Assembly (NCBI GenBank): GCA_038245905.1
Contig: JBBRRY010000021.1
Span: forward strand, 8,424 to 72,423
DNA: 64,000 nt
From: Thermoanaerobaculia bacterium
GTDB taxonomy: Bacteria; Acidobacteriota; Thermoanaerobaculia; UBA5066
Reading direction: 5' to 3'
Shown here: positions 21,120-35,174 of the stretch, in pieces
Layout of the letters: each line of letters begins with the position of its first letter
Position numbering within the stretch: position 1 is the stretch's first letter
The notes under the pieces: model-generated
Told to the model about the DNA's origin: nothing
Databases searched by the model: none
What the model saw: the letters and a program-made list of their open reading frames with translations, nothing else
Program-made: the position numbers and the translations under genes

Positions 21120-24073
21120 GAGCCGCCGCGTTCACCGCCGCCGCCCTCCTCGCCGCCGCACTCCCGGCTTCGCCGGCCGTCGACTCGGGCGCGATCTCGG
21201 GCCTCGGCGCCCGCAACATCGGCTCGGCTGCGATGAGCGGCCGCATTGCGGCGCTCGCGGGCCGTGTCGAGGACGACGGAAAGGTCACGCTCTTCGTCGG
21301 CGCCGCCTCCGGCGGCGTCTGGAAGTCGCTCGACGGCGGGACGACGTTCAAGCCCGTCTTCGACAGGCAGCCCGTGCAGTCCATCGGCGCGATCGCGCTC
21401 GATCCCGCCGATCCGAAGGTCGTCTGGGTCGGCACCGGCGAGGGCTGGACACGCAACTCCGTGTCCGCCGGAAACGGGATCTACCGCTCCGGCGACGGCG
21501 GCGAGACGTGGACGCACATGGGTCTTCCGGAGTCCGAGCGCGTGGACCGTATTCTCGTGAACCCGAAGAACCACGACGTCGTGTACGCGTGCGTGCCCGG
21601 CAAGCTCTGGTCGGACTCGGCGGACCGCGGCCTCTACAGGACGGCGGACGGCGGCAAGACCTGGTCGCTCGTCCTCAAGGGCGGCAACCTCTCGACCGGC
21701 TGTTCCGGCCTCGCGATGGACCCGCGCAACCCGGACCGCCTCTTCGCGGGGCTCTGGGACTTCCGGAGGAAAAGCTGGACGTTCCGCTCGGGGGGCGACG
21801 GTCCGACGGGCGTGTCGGGCTCGGGCCTCTTCCTCACGGAGGACGGCGGCGCGACGTGGAAGACGCTCGACGCGAAGTCGGCACCCGGCCTGCCCGACGG
21901 GCCGTGGGGCCGTCTCGACGTCGCGATCGCGCCCTCGAAGCCGGAGCGCGTGTACGCGGTGATCGAAGGCGTGAAGTCCGCGCTCTTCCGCTCCGACGAC
22001 GGCGGGAAGACCTGGGCCCGCAAGGACGACAGCCAGCGGATGGTCTGGCGGCCGTTCTACTTCTCGCGCCTCGTCGTCGACCCGACGAATCCCGACCGCG
22101 TCTACAAGCCGAACCTGACGCTCATCGCGTCCGAAGACGGCGGCGAGAGCTTCGGGGACGTGGGCGGCGGCACGCACGGCGACCACCACGACGTCTGGAT
22201 CAACCCGAAGAATCCCAAGCACGTCGTCACCGGCGACGACGGCGGGCTCTGGATCTCCCACGACGGCGCGAACCGCTGGTGGAAGTGCAACAACCTGCCC
22301 GTCTCGCAGTTCTACCACGTGTCCGCGGACGAAAAGGACCCGTACCAGGTGTACGGAGGCCTGCAGGACAACAGCTCGTGGGCCGGCGACTCCGCGTATC
22401 CCGGCGGCATCACGAACAGCCGGTGGGAGAACCTCTTCGGTGGCGACGGCTTCTGGGTCTTCCCGGATCCTGCCGACCCGAACTTCGTCTACGCCGAGGC
22501 TCAGGGCGGCTTCGTCGGCCGCGTCGACCGCCGGACGCTCTCCGCACGCGACATCCAGCCGAAGGCCGGCTTCAAGGAGAAGCTGCGCTTCAACTGGAAC
22601 ACGCCGATCCACGTCTCGCGCCTCGAGAAGGGGAAGCTGTACATCGGGGCCCAGTACCTCTTCGCCACGAAGGACGCCGGTCAGTCGTGGCAGCGGATCT
22701 CGCCGGACCTCACGACGAACGATCCCGAGAAGCAGAAGCAGGAGAAGTCGGGCGGCATCACGGTCGACAACTCGGCCGCCGAGATGCACACGACGATCTA
22801 CTCGATCTCCGAGAGCCCGCGCGACGGCAAGACGCTCTGGGTGGGGACCGACGACGGCAACCTCCAGCTCACGAAGGACGGCGGCGCGGCGTGGACGAAC
22901 GTCGTGAAGAACGTGCCGGGCCTGCCGCCCGCGAGCTGGGTCTCGTGGGTCGAGGCCGGGCCGCACGCGGACGGCTCCGCGTACGCGGCCTTCGACCGCC
23001 ATACGTTCGGCGACTTCGCGCCCTGGGTGTACGCGACGAAGGACTTCGGGACGACGTGGGAGCGGATCGTGGGGCCCGCCTCGGGAGTCCGCGGCTGGGC
23101 GTACGTGATCAAGGAAGACCCCGTGCGCCCGGGCCTCCTCTATCTCGGGACCGAGTTCGGCCTCTGGATCTCCCCCGACGCCGGAAAGACGTGGGCCGAA
23201 TTCAAGGGTGGCAACTTCCCGTCCGTCTCCGTGCGCGACCTCGCGTTCGCGGCGCGCGAGCAGGACCTCGTCGTCGCGACGCACGGGCGCGGAATCTGGA
23301 TCGTCGACGACCTGACGCCGCTGCGCGCTCTCACCGATGACGTGCTCGCGAAGGACGTCGCGTTTCTCGCGGGGCGCCCCGTCGTACAGAAGCCGCGCGG
23401 TTCGGGCGGCTGGCCCGAAGGGGACGCCTCGTTCTACGGCCCGAACCCGCCGTCGGGCGCGGTCATTTCCTACTACCAGAAGACCCGGCACACGTTCGGC
23501 CGGATGAAGCTCGAGATCCTGGACGCGTCCGGCCGCGTCGTCGACACGCCGCCCGCCGGCAAGCGCAAGGGCATCAACCGCGTCATGTGGTCGATGCAGG
23601 AGAAGCCGCCCCGCGTCCCGACGGCCGCGCAGGCGGCCGGTGCCGGCTCCGGGCCGCGCGTCCTGCCGGGGGCCTACAGGGTGCGGCTCACGAAGGGCAA
23701 GGACGTCGTCGAGGCGCCGCTCGTCGTCTCGCTCGACCCGAAGGCGCCGTTCACGCCGGCGGACCGCAAGGCCCAGTACGACGCCGCGATGAAGGCGCAC
23801 GCGCTCTTCGGGCGCATGAGCGACGTCGTCGACCGGCTGAAAGGCTTCCGATCCACGGAGGCCGAGGCGATCCGCAAGGAAGTCGTCGCGACGTCCGAGG
23901 GCGGCGCGATCACGGGCGAAGAGCGCCTCCGCGAGCACCTCGCGTACGTCTACGACGCGATCCTCTCTTATGAAGGCCGGCCCGGCGACTACCAGATCGA
24001 GCGCGTGAGCGTCCTCGAGCGCGAGCTCGAGGACGTCGAGAAGCGCGCGGCCGCGCTCAGCCCCGGGCGGTGA
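21116..24073 (+). CDS. Secreted VPS10/sortilin-like BNR-repeat beta-propeller (glycosyl hydrolase-like)
   Basis: Many SxDGGxTW Asp-boxes; RNIGSAAMSGRI, GGLQDN, RFNWNTP and ATHGRG motifs. Confidence 0.9.
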   Translation: MRAAAFTAAALLAAALPASPAVDSGAISGLGARNIGSAAMSGRIAALAGRVEDDGKVTLFVGAASGGVWKSLDGGTTFKPVFDRQPVQSIGAIALDPADPKVVWVGTGEGWTRNSVSAGNGIYRSGDGGETWTHMGLPESERVDRILVNPKNHDVVYACVPGKLWSDSADRGLYRTADGGKTWSLVLKGGNLSTGCSGLAMDPRNPDRLFAGLWDFRRKSWTFRSGGDGPTGVSGSGLFLTEDGGATWKTLDAKSAPGLPDGPWGRLDVAIAPSKPERVYAVIEGVKSALFRSDDGGKTWARKDDSQRMVWRPFYFSRLVVDPTNPDRVYKPNLTLIASEDGGESFGDVGGGTHGDHHDVWINPKNPKHVVTGDDGGLWISHDGANRWWKCNNLPVSQFYHVSADEKDPYQVYGGLQDNSSWAGDSAYPGGITNSRWENLFGGDGFWVFPDPADPNFVYAEAQGGFVGRVDRRTLSARDIQPKAGFKEKLRFNWNTPIHVSRLEKGKLYIGAQYLFATKDAGQSWQRISPDLTTNDPEKQKQEKSGGITVDNSAAEMHTTIYSISESPRDGKTLWVGTDDGNLQLTKDGGAAWTNVVKNVPGLPPASWVSWVEAGPHADGSAYAAFDRHTFGDFAPWVYATKDFGTTWERIVGPASGVRGWAYVIKEDPVRPGLLYLGTEFGLWISPDAGKTWAEFKGGNFPSVSVRDLAFAAREQDLVVATHGRGIWIVDDLTPLRALTDDVLAKDVAFLAGRPVVQKPRGSGGWPEGDASFYGPNPPSGAVISYYQKTRHTFGRMKLEILDASGRVVDTPPAGKRKGINRVMWSMQEKPPRVPTAAQAAGAGSGPRVLPGAYRVRLTKGKDVVEAPLVVSLDPKAPFTPADRKAQYDAAMKAHALFGRMSDVVDRLKGFRSTEAEAIRKEVVATSEGGAITGEERLREHLAYVYDAILSYEGRPGDYQIERVSVLERELEDVEKRAAALSPGR

Positions 24074-24743
24074 GGAAGGCGTGAACTTCGTCCGTCGAAG
24101 CCGACGGCACGCGATGGCCGCCGTCGTAAAGGCTGTGCGCGGCGGTCCGAAAGCGCGAGTCGAGGATTTCACGGTAGGGCGCGATGCGGGAGGCCGGGTA
24201 GTACGGGTCGTGATTCGTCGAGACGTGGAGGACGTCCGTCGCGCCCGAGGCGGCGGTCGGCCCGCCCGGGCCCGCCCACTCACCGGGCACGCCGCCGCAG
24301 AATGCGAGGACGCCCGCGAAGGGCTGCCCGGCCGGAGGCGTCGCCGCGAGACGGTAGTTGAACGAGCAGGGTTGGCTGAAGCCCGCGAGGACCGTGCGGC
24401 CGCAGTCGCCGCCGTTCGCGGCGGCCCAGGCGAGCGCCGCGACGACGGCGCGCCTGTGGACGAGCCGGTTGTCCTCGGCGTTCGGCGAGACGCCCCAGTG
24501 GAAGCCGCGTTCCTGCCCGGCATCGTCCACGCCCTTCACGAGGGTCGAGTGCGGCCCCTGGAGCGAGACGACGAGGAACGACGGCGGCGCGACCTTGACG
24601 AGGACCGCGAGGAGCGATTCGGCATCCATGCCGTAGCCGTGCAACCCGAGGAGGACGGGCGCGGGCGCGCTCCTCTCCGGCGTCCTCGCGAGGAGGCGCA
24701 GCGGAACCTCAACTGACAGGAACGCCTCGACTTCGCTCGCCAC
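24057..24743 (-). CDS. Alpha/beta hydrolase (phospholipase/carboxylesterase-like)
   Basis: LHGYG; GFSQ elbow; Asp (HDPYY) and His (GGH). Confidence 0.8.
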   Translation of the reverse strand: MASEVEAFLSVEVPLRLLARTPERSAPAPVLLGLHGYGMDAESLLAVLVKVAPPSFLVVSLQGPHSTLVKGVDDAGQERGFHWGVSPNAEDNRLVHRRAVVAALAWAAANGGDCGRTVLAGFSQPCSFNYRLAATPPAGQPFAGVLAFCGGVPGEWAGPGGPTAASGATDVLHVSTNHDPYYPASRIAPYREILDSRFRTAAHSLYDGGHRVPSASTDEVHAFLTARG

Positions 24744-24804
24744 CGGGCCTCCTCCGGGAACTCCCGGCCCCCGTTTCCGTATCTAAGGGCGTGGAGATGT
24801 TGGC

Positions 24805-25809
24805 ATGACCGCCGCGATCGAGGTCCGGGGCCTCCAGAAGACCTACCGCGATGGGCTGGGCGGCCGTGAGGTTCGTGCCCTCGCCGGCATCGACTTCTCC
24901 GTCGAGCCCGGCGAGCTGTTCGGTCTCCTCGGCCCGAACGGGGCGGGGAAGACGACGTGCGTGAAGATTCTCCTCGGCCTCACGCACGCGACTTCGGGCG
25001 AGGCGTCGCTTCTCGGGCTGCGTTCGAGCGACCCTGAGAGCCGCCGGCGCGTCGGCTACCTGCCGGAGGGCCACCGGTTCCCCGGTTACCTCACGGCCCG
25101 CCAGACGCTGTCCATCTTCGGACGGATGTCGGGCGTGGCTCCGGCGGAGTTGAAATCGCGCATTCCGGCGCTTCTTGAGAGCGTGAGACTCTCCGAGTGG
25201 GTCGACGTGAAGGTGAAGAAGTTTTCGAAGGGGATGACGCAGCGCCTCGGCCTCGCCGCAGCGCTCGTCCACGAGCCAGAGGTCCTCCTCCTCGACGAGC
25301 CGACGGACGGCGTCGACCCGGTGGGGCGCCGCGAGATCCGCGACCTCCTGAAGGCCGAGGCCGCGAAGGGGCGCGCGATCCTCCTGAACTCGCACCTCCT
25401 CTCCGAGATCGAGCTCACGTGCGACCGCGTTGCGGTGTTACGCAAGGGCAAGGTCGCGGCGATGGGGACGGTGGAAGAGTTGACGAAGAGAGAAGAGAAG
25501 AAAGAAGCTTTGAAGGTCTACAAGCTCGTTGCGTCGGGCATTGACGATGCGGTCCTTGCGGCGTTTCGAGCGACGGGCGCAGGGGCGGAGTGTGTCAACG
25601 GGCACTTCCGTCTCGAGGCGCGCGACGCGCAGCACCTGAACGCACTCATCGATTCCGCCCGCGCCCGCGGCGCGCTGCTGACCGAACTGACTCCCGAAAA
25701 GAGCACTCTCGAAGACGTGTTCGTGGATCTCGTCAAGGCGAACCCCGACGCTGTGGCGCCCTCTTCACCTTCTAAGGAATCCGAATCCGAATCCACCGAC
25801 ACCGTCTGA
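24805..25809 (+). CDS. ABC transporter ATP-binding protein
   Basis: Walker A GPNGAGKTT; signature FSKGM; Walker B LLLDEP; H-loop NSH. Confidence 0.95.
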   Translation: MTAAIEVRGLQKTYRDGLGGREVRALAGIDFSVEPGELFGLLGPNGAGKTTCVKILLGLTHATSGEASLLGLRSSDPESRRRVGYLPEGHRFPGYLTARQTLSIFGRMSGVAPAELKSRIPALLESVRLSEWVDVKVKKFSKGMTQRLGLAAALVHEPEVLLLDEPTDGVDPVGRREIRDLLKAEAAKGRAILLNSHLLSEIELTCDRVAVLRKGKVAAMGTVEELTKREEKKEALKVYKLVASGIDDAVLAAFRATGAGAECVNGHFRLEARDAQHLNALIDSARARGALLTELTPEKSTLEDVFVDLVKANPDAVAPSSPSKESESESTDTV

Positions 25810-25821
25810 GCAGAAGGCAAC

Positions 25822-26676
25822 ATGAGAGCACTTGCGGCGAACATCGAAGAAGTCTTCCGCGAAGCGGCCGCGCGCTGGACTCTCCTCGCGTACTTCGCGC
25901 TCTCGTCGCTCTTCGTCCTCCTCTTCGCGCTCGCCGTCAACCTCGATGTCGTGAACGGCGCGCTCGCGGGCGCGAAAATCTTCGGCCAGAACGTCAGCAT
26001 GGGCCGGCAGAGCGTGGACCTCGACAAGCTCGTCCTCGGCTTCGAGTCGGGCTTCGCCGGCTTCCTCTACGTCGTCGGGACGTTTCTCGCGATCTTCGCG
26101 TCCGCTCACCTCGTGCCCCGCCTGATGGAGAAGGGAACGGTCGACCTCTACCTCTCGCGCCCCGTGGGCCGCGTGCCGCTTCTCCTCTCGCGCTATCTCG
26201 GTGGGCTGCTGCTCTCCGCCTCGAACGTCCTCTATCTCCTCGGCGCCATGTGGCTTCTCGTCATCTGGAAGACGCACCTTGTCCATCCGCGCTTTTTCTT
26301 CGCGGCCGGGATCATCCTGTTCGGGATCGCCGCGCTCATGGCCTTCGCGTTCCTCGTCGGGACGCTGACGTCCTCGACGGCTGTCTCGATCATGGCCACG
26401 TTTGCGATCTTCTTCATCTCGGCGATTCTTTCCAACCACGACCGCATTGGCGCCGCGATGTCCGCCGAATGGGCCGCCCAGCTCGTCCACGGCCTTTACT
26501 GGATCTTCCCCAAGACCGCGCAGCTCGGGGCCGCGGTCGTCGCCCTGGTGATGGGCGACGAAGGCCCGCGGCGGATGCGCGAATCCCTCACCCTGCAGCC
26601 CTTCCTCACGACGGGCCTCTTCGGCGCCGTCTGTCTCTCGCTCGCGTGCCTAAGGTTTCGGAGAAAGGACTTCTGA
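25822..26676 (+). CDS. ABC-2 type exporter permease
   Basis: About 6 TM; EKGTVDLYLSRPVGR; C-terminal FRRKDF. Confidence 0.88.
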   Translation: MRALAANIEEVFREAAARWTLLAYFALSSLFVLLFALAVNLDVVNGALAGAKIFGQNVSMGRQSVDLDKLVLGFESGFAGFLYVVGTFLAIFASAHLVPRLMEKGTVDLYLSRPVGRVPLLLSRYLGGLLLSASNVLYLLGAMWLLVIWKTHLVHPRFFFAAGIILFGIAALMAFAFLVGTLTSSTAVSIMATFAIFFISAILSNHDRIGAAMSAEWAAQLVHGLYWIFPKTAQLGAAVVALVMGDEGPRRMRESLTLQPFLTTGLFGAVCLSLACLRFRRKDF

Positions 26677-26678
26677 CC

Positions 26679-27707
26679 ATGAAGCGATTCGCCGTTCTCT
26701 CGTCCGCCGCCGTCCTCGTCCTCGCGACCGCCATCGCGTTGCCCATTGCCGCACGCGGCGGCGACGATGCCCTCGCTCTGGTTCCGGCCGACGCGTCCTC
26801 CGTCGGCATGATCCATGTCGCGGACCTTCGCTCGAGCCCGCTCGCGGCGCGCGTCTTCTCCGACACGGACAAGCTCACCGTGGACGGCGACGCGGCGCAC
26901 TTTCTCTCCGAGGCGCGCCTGAACCCGAAGGAAGACGTCGACACGGTCGTCGCGGCCGGATCGCCGAAGGGCACCGGCGGAAGCGGCGGCTGGGGTCTCG
27001 TCCTCTTCGAGGGCCGGTTCGACCCGGCCGCGCTCTCCGCCGCGATCGCGGCGCGCGGCGCGACCCGCAAGTCCACGCCCGCAGGCGACTACTTCCTCCT
27101 TCCGGACAAGAGCACGGACGCCTCGCATCACGGGCAGGGCGCGATCGCCTTCGCGAGCAACCACCTCGTGATCGCGGGCAACGAGCCCTCGGTCGTCGCG
27201 GCCCTCGCGCAGCGCGCCTCCGGCGGCACCGCCTTCCGCTCGGGTGCGGGCCTCGGCCGCCACCTCGGCCGCATCGACTCCGGCGCTTCCGCGTGGGCGC
27301 TCGTGGACGTCTCGCGCCTCCCGCAACGGGACGCGGCCGTCCGCCACGCGGAGGTGCATGCGCAGTCGCACGAAAACGGCGCAGACGCTGCCACGGCCCT
27401 GTTGTCGTCCATGAAGTCCGTCTCTCTCCTCGCACTTCAGGCGACCGCGAAGGGCGACGCTCTCAAGCTCAACGCGACGGGCCTCGTCAGCGACGACGAG
27501 ACGGCCGGCCTCATGGAAGACGCGCTCCGCGGCGTCCTCGCCGCCTGGCGCCTCGCGGCGCAGGAGAAGTCGCCGGAGACCGTGTCCGTCCTCCGCAAAT
27601 TCACGGTGTCGCGCGACAAGTCGAGCGTCTCGATCGGGGGAACGCTCCCCGGCGCTACCGTCCGCGCACTGGCCGAGAAGAAGCACGCCGAGAAGCACGT
27701 CAACTGA
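26679..27707 (+). CDS. Secreted hypothetical protein
   Basis: Signal peptide; AGGA RBS; follows the ABC genes in the same operon; DALALVPADA start. Confidence 0.75.
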   Translation: MKRFAVLSSAAVLVLATAIALPIAARGGDDALALVPADASSVGMIHVADLRSSPLAARVFSDTDKLTVDGDAAHFLSEARLNPKEDVDTVVAAGSPKGTGGSGGWGLVLFEGRFDPAALSAAIAARGATRKSTPAGDYFLLPDKSTDASHHGQGAIAFASNHLVIAGNEPSVVAALAQRASGGTAFRSGAGLGRHLGRIDSGASAWALVDVSRLPQRDAAVRHAEVHAQSHENGADAATALLSSMKSVSLLALQATAKGDALKLNATGLVSDDETAGLMEDALRGVLAAWRLAAQEKSPETVSVLRKFTVSRDKSSVSIGGTLPGATVRALAEKKHAEKHVN

Positions 27708-27845
27708 CCGTCAACCGCGCGAAGGCTGAGGCGGGCCGGCGGCGCGGCCCGTTCGCCTTAGCCCAGAGCGCGAGGTACACGAGCAACGACGAGGCGCGGC
27801 GGTGTCTGGGGAAACGACGCCGACTTCTGATGGTAATCTCGCCCC

Positions 27846-28091
27846 ATGAAAGCTGCCATTGACGCTGCGGGCCGCGTCCTCATCCCGAAGGACTTGCGCG
27901 AGCGCCTCGGAATCGGGCGTCGGGGAGTCGTCCAGATCCGGGAGCGCGACGGGCGAATCGAGATCGAGCCGGCGGCGACACCCATGTCCCTCGTGCGCCG
28001 GGCCGGGGGCCGGGTCGCCGTGCCGGAGGAGAAGCTCCCACCGCTGACGGACGAGATCGTGCGGGAGACGCTCGAGCGGACGAGAAGGTGA
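27846..28091 (+). CDS. vapB: AbrB/MazE/SpoVT-type antitoxin
   Basis: IDAAGRVLIPKDLRERLG; GTGA overlap with the PIN toxin. Confidence 0.9.
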   Translation: MKAAIDAAGRVLIPKDLRERLGIGRRGVVQIRERDGRIEIEPAATPMSLVRRAGGRVAVPEEKLPPLTDEIVRETLERTRR

Positions 28092-28492
28092 TCGCGGTCG
28101 ACACGAGCGTCGTGGTCGCGGCCTTTGCGTCGTGGCACGAAGGGAATCCATCCGCTGCGGCGGTCCTCGCGCGGAGGCCGAGAGTTCCGGCGCACGTCCT
28201 GATCGAGTCGTATTCGGTTCTCACGCGGCTGCCGCCCCCCCACCGCGCTCCCGCCGGTCTGGTCGCGACCTTTCTGAGCGAGAGATTCACGGAGGCTCCG
28301 CTCGCTCTGCCGCCGCGCGAGCATCAGCACCTGATTCGGCAGGCGGCGGCGGAAGGGATCTCCGGCGGCGCCATTCACGATGCGCTCATCGCCGCGACGG
28401 TCCTCAGGGCGCGGGCCCGGTTGGTGACGCGGGACCGGCGGGCGGCCGTGACTTACGAGCGTTTCGGCATCGAGTACGAGATTCTGGCCTGA
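28088..28492 (+). CDS. vapC: PIN-domain toxin (resembles the mycobacterial VapC27/40 type)
   Basis: VDTSV, ESYSVLTRLP, GGAIHDALI and TRDRRA motifs carrying the acidic catalytic residues. Confidence 0.92.
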   Translation: MIAVDTSVVVAAFASWHEGNPSAAAVLARRPRVPAHVLIESYSVLTRLPPPHRAPAGLVATFLSERFTEAPLALPPREHQHLIRQAAAEGISGGAIHDALIAATVLRARARLVTRDRRAAVTYERFGIEYEILA

Positions 28493-28544
28493 GTCCCGGC
28501 GCACTGAGCCGCTATTTCATCCATCGCGCGCTCGAGGCGCACGC

Positions 28545-29951
28545 TCAAACCGGCGGCCTCTTCCGATGCCACTCAGTCCGCGCCTGGACCTGCGACCCGA
28601 GAGCCACGAGCGCTTCGTCCGAGAAGGCGCGGCCCGTGAACTGGAACGCGGTGGGAAGGTTGTTCTCGCCGAAGCCGTTCGGGACGACGAGCGCGGGCTG
28701 GCCGGCGAGGTTGCCGGCCGCAATGACGCCCGGCCCGCCGCTGATCCCCGGATAGACCTTGTCGAAGTCAGGCCCGATCGGGTAGGAGACGGTCGCGCGC
28801 GCGGGCGAGACGAGCGCGTCGTACTTCGCGTAAAGCGCGTCGAGCGCCTTCTTCATCGGTGTGCGAAGGCGCATCGCCTGGATGTAGTCCACGGCGAACA
28901 CCATCGAGGCCGCATAGCCGCCCCAGCGGTCGTTCGGGACCCTCAGCTCTCTCGCGCGGCCGCTCTCGACGAGGTCGCGGAACGCGCTCGCGCCCTCGGC
29001 CGCGACGATCGTCCCGACGGCGGGCCCGTACGGAAAGTCCGGGAACTCGACGTCCGGGACGACGTCGCAGAACGACCCGAGGACATTCAGCGACTCCTCG
29101 AAGTTCTTCCGGACCTCGGGCTGGACCTTCTCGGTCGTGCCCTTGATGACGCCGATCCGGGGGCGGCGCGGTTTCGCGCTCGCGGGCGCCGGGCGGAAGG
29201 CCCTGTTCAGCGAGGTCGCGTCGAGCGGGTCCTTGCCCGCGATCGCGGCCATGACGAGGCCGCAGTCTTCGGCGGTACGGCACATCGGGCCGAGCTTGTC
29301 GAGCGTCCAGCAGAGCGCCATTGCGCCGTGCCGGCTCACGCGCCCATACGTGGGCCTGAGACCCGTGACGCCCGAGAAGGCCGCCGGCGTCACGATCGAG
29401 CCCGACGTCTCCGAGCCGATCGAGAACGCGACGAGGCCGGCAGCCGTCGCGGCACCCGGGCCCGACGACGAGCCGCCCGACCAGAAGTTCGTGTTCCAGG
29501 GCGTCCGGCCGGGTCCGGTGAAGGAGGCGTCCGCATTGTTGTAGCCGAACCCGCCCGCGAGCTCGACCATTGCGAGCTTCCCGGCGAGGACGGCCCCGGC
29601 CTCGCGGAGCCTCGCGACGACCGTCGCGTCGTAGTCGAAGACCTGATCGCGGAAGGGCTGCGCGCCCCACGTCGTCGGAATCGCCTTCGTCGCGAGGAGA
29701 TCCTTGGCGCCGTAAGGGATGCCGTGGAGAGGCCCGCGCCACTTGTCTGCCAGGATCTCGGCCTCAGCCGCCCTGGCTTCCTGGAGCGCCCGTTCGCGCG
29801 TCACCGTCACGACGGCGCCGAGCTTTGGTCCGATCCGTTCGAGCCGCTCGAGGTACCCCTCCGCGAGTGCGACGGGGGAGAGTCTCTTCGCCCTGATCCT
29901 CGCGGACAAATCCCTGACGGAGAGGAAGAAGACCGATTCGTCGAGAGCCAT
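28545..29951 (-). CDS. Amidase signature family enzyme (GatA-like)
   Basis: GPLHGIPYGAKDL, GGSSSG and GSETSGSI (Ser-cisSer-Lys triad); TGATG overlap with the upstream gene. Confidence 0.92.
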   Translation of the reverse strand: MALDESVFFLSVRDLSARIRAKRLSPVALAEGYLERLERIGPKLGAVVTVTRERALQEARAAEAEILADKWRGPLHGIPYGAKDLLATKAIPTTWGAQPFRDQVFDYDATVVARLREAGAVLAGKLAMVELAGGFGYNNADASFTGPGRTPWNTNFWSGGSSSGPGAATAAGLVAFSIGSETSGSIVTPAAFSGVTGLRPTYGRVSRHGAMALCWTLDKLGPMCRTAEDCGLVMAAIAGKDPLDATSLNRAFRPAPASAKPRRPRIGVIKGTTEKVQPEVRKNFEESLNVLGSFCDVVPDVEFPDFPYGPAVGTIVAAEGASAFRDLVESGRARELRVPNDRWGGYAASMVFAVDYIQAMRLRTPMKKALDALYAKYDALVSPARATVSYPIGPDFDKVYPGISGGPGVIAAGNLAGQPALVVPNGFGENNLPTAFQFTGRAFSDEALVALGSQVQARTEWHRKRPPV

Positions 29952-30334
29952 CAGCGGCCTCCCGCGTTCTCGGCTGTTTCCGCGGAGAAGACGACGTCCG
30001 GTTCGTCGGCGTTCGCGAGATTGACCTTCTTCATGGCCTCGGCGCCCCTGAGGCGCTGGTCGAGACTTTTCGCAATGTCGCCGAGCTGCTCGCCCGAGAG
30101 GTTCTTCCCCCAGCGAATGCGAACGATCTCGGTGAGAGCCTCGGCGACAGAGGACGGCGCCGCCTCGGGCGTGGGGACCGGGCTGGGAACGGCCGTGGGG
30201 GCAGCAGACGGCGTCGGCGCCGTCTGCCCGAGGGCGATGCCGGCCCCCGCGAGAGCGGGCGCGGCCGCCGCGAGCGCGAGACTTTTCGCGAATCCGCGTC
30301 GCGAGGGCGAGGGGGGCCGGATCGAATCGGACAT
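29951..30334 (-). CDS. Small Tat-signal protein, putative GatC/AtzG-like amidase partner
   Basis: SRRGFAK twin-Arg signal; Pro/Thr linker; helical C-terminus ending LANADEPDVVF; GGAGG RBS. Confidence 0.75.
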   Translation of the reverse strand: MSDSIRPPSPSRRGFAKSLALAAAAPALAGAGIALGQTAPTPSAAPTAVPSPVPTPEAAPSSVAEALTEIVRIRWGKNLSGEQLGDIAKSLDQRLRGAEAMKKVNLANADEPDVVFSAETAENAGGR

Positions 30335-30375
30335 TTATCGCCTCCGTCAAAGATTTGGAGCGTATTCAATCTATC

Positions 30376-30404
30376 TTGATTCGAAGGGACGCGCTCCCCA
30401 TACT
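30376..30404 (+). promoter_or_regulatory. Putative sigma70 promoter of the gltB leader
   Basis: TTGATT-17 nt-CATACT, 9 nt upstream of the leader ATG. Confidence 0.6.
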
Positions 30405-30413
30405 TCCGCCGCG

Positions 30414-30533
30414 ATGATGACTTCCTTGGCGACGGCCACCCGGACCCTCGAGACCTCGACTCGGTCGGGCCGGGGCGTCTCGGGCCTCGTCCTTATTAAG
30501 CGGTCCACGGTGGAGAGCGGGCGAGGGGACTAG
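30414..30533 (+). CDS. Putative attenuator leader peptide (39 aa)
   Basis: MMTSLATATRTLETSTRSGRGVSGLVLIKRSTVESGRGD; Leu-Val-Leu-Ile codons CTC GTC CTT ATT at 30486-30497; lies just upstream of a terminator. Confidence 0.7.
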   Translation: MMTSLATATRTLETSTRSGRGVSGLVLIKRSTVESGRGD

Positions 30534-30556
30534 GCAGAAAGCCAAATGGAACCCCC

Positions 30557-30594
30557 AAAGCCCGCTCCCACGAGGGAGCGGGCTTTTTCATTTT
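30557..30594 (+). terminator. Intrinsic terminator (attenuator 3:4 hairpin) upstream of gltB
   Basis: AAAGCCCGCTCCC-ACGA-GGGAGCGGGCTTT followed by TTCATTTT. Confidence 0.9.
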
Positions 30595-30627
30595 GTGAAT
30601 CCTACGTTTGAGGAGAAGGGGAAGGGC

Positions 30628-35154
<4,527 letters not shown>

Positions 35155-35174
35155 AGCCCGGGTTCAGCAACCTC

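Noticed and set aside
28545-30334. gatCA of the tRNA-dependent amidotransferase
   Set aside because: No gatB; the small subunit has a Tat signal; motifs fit a general amidase
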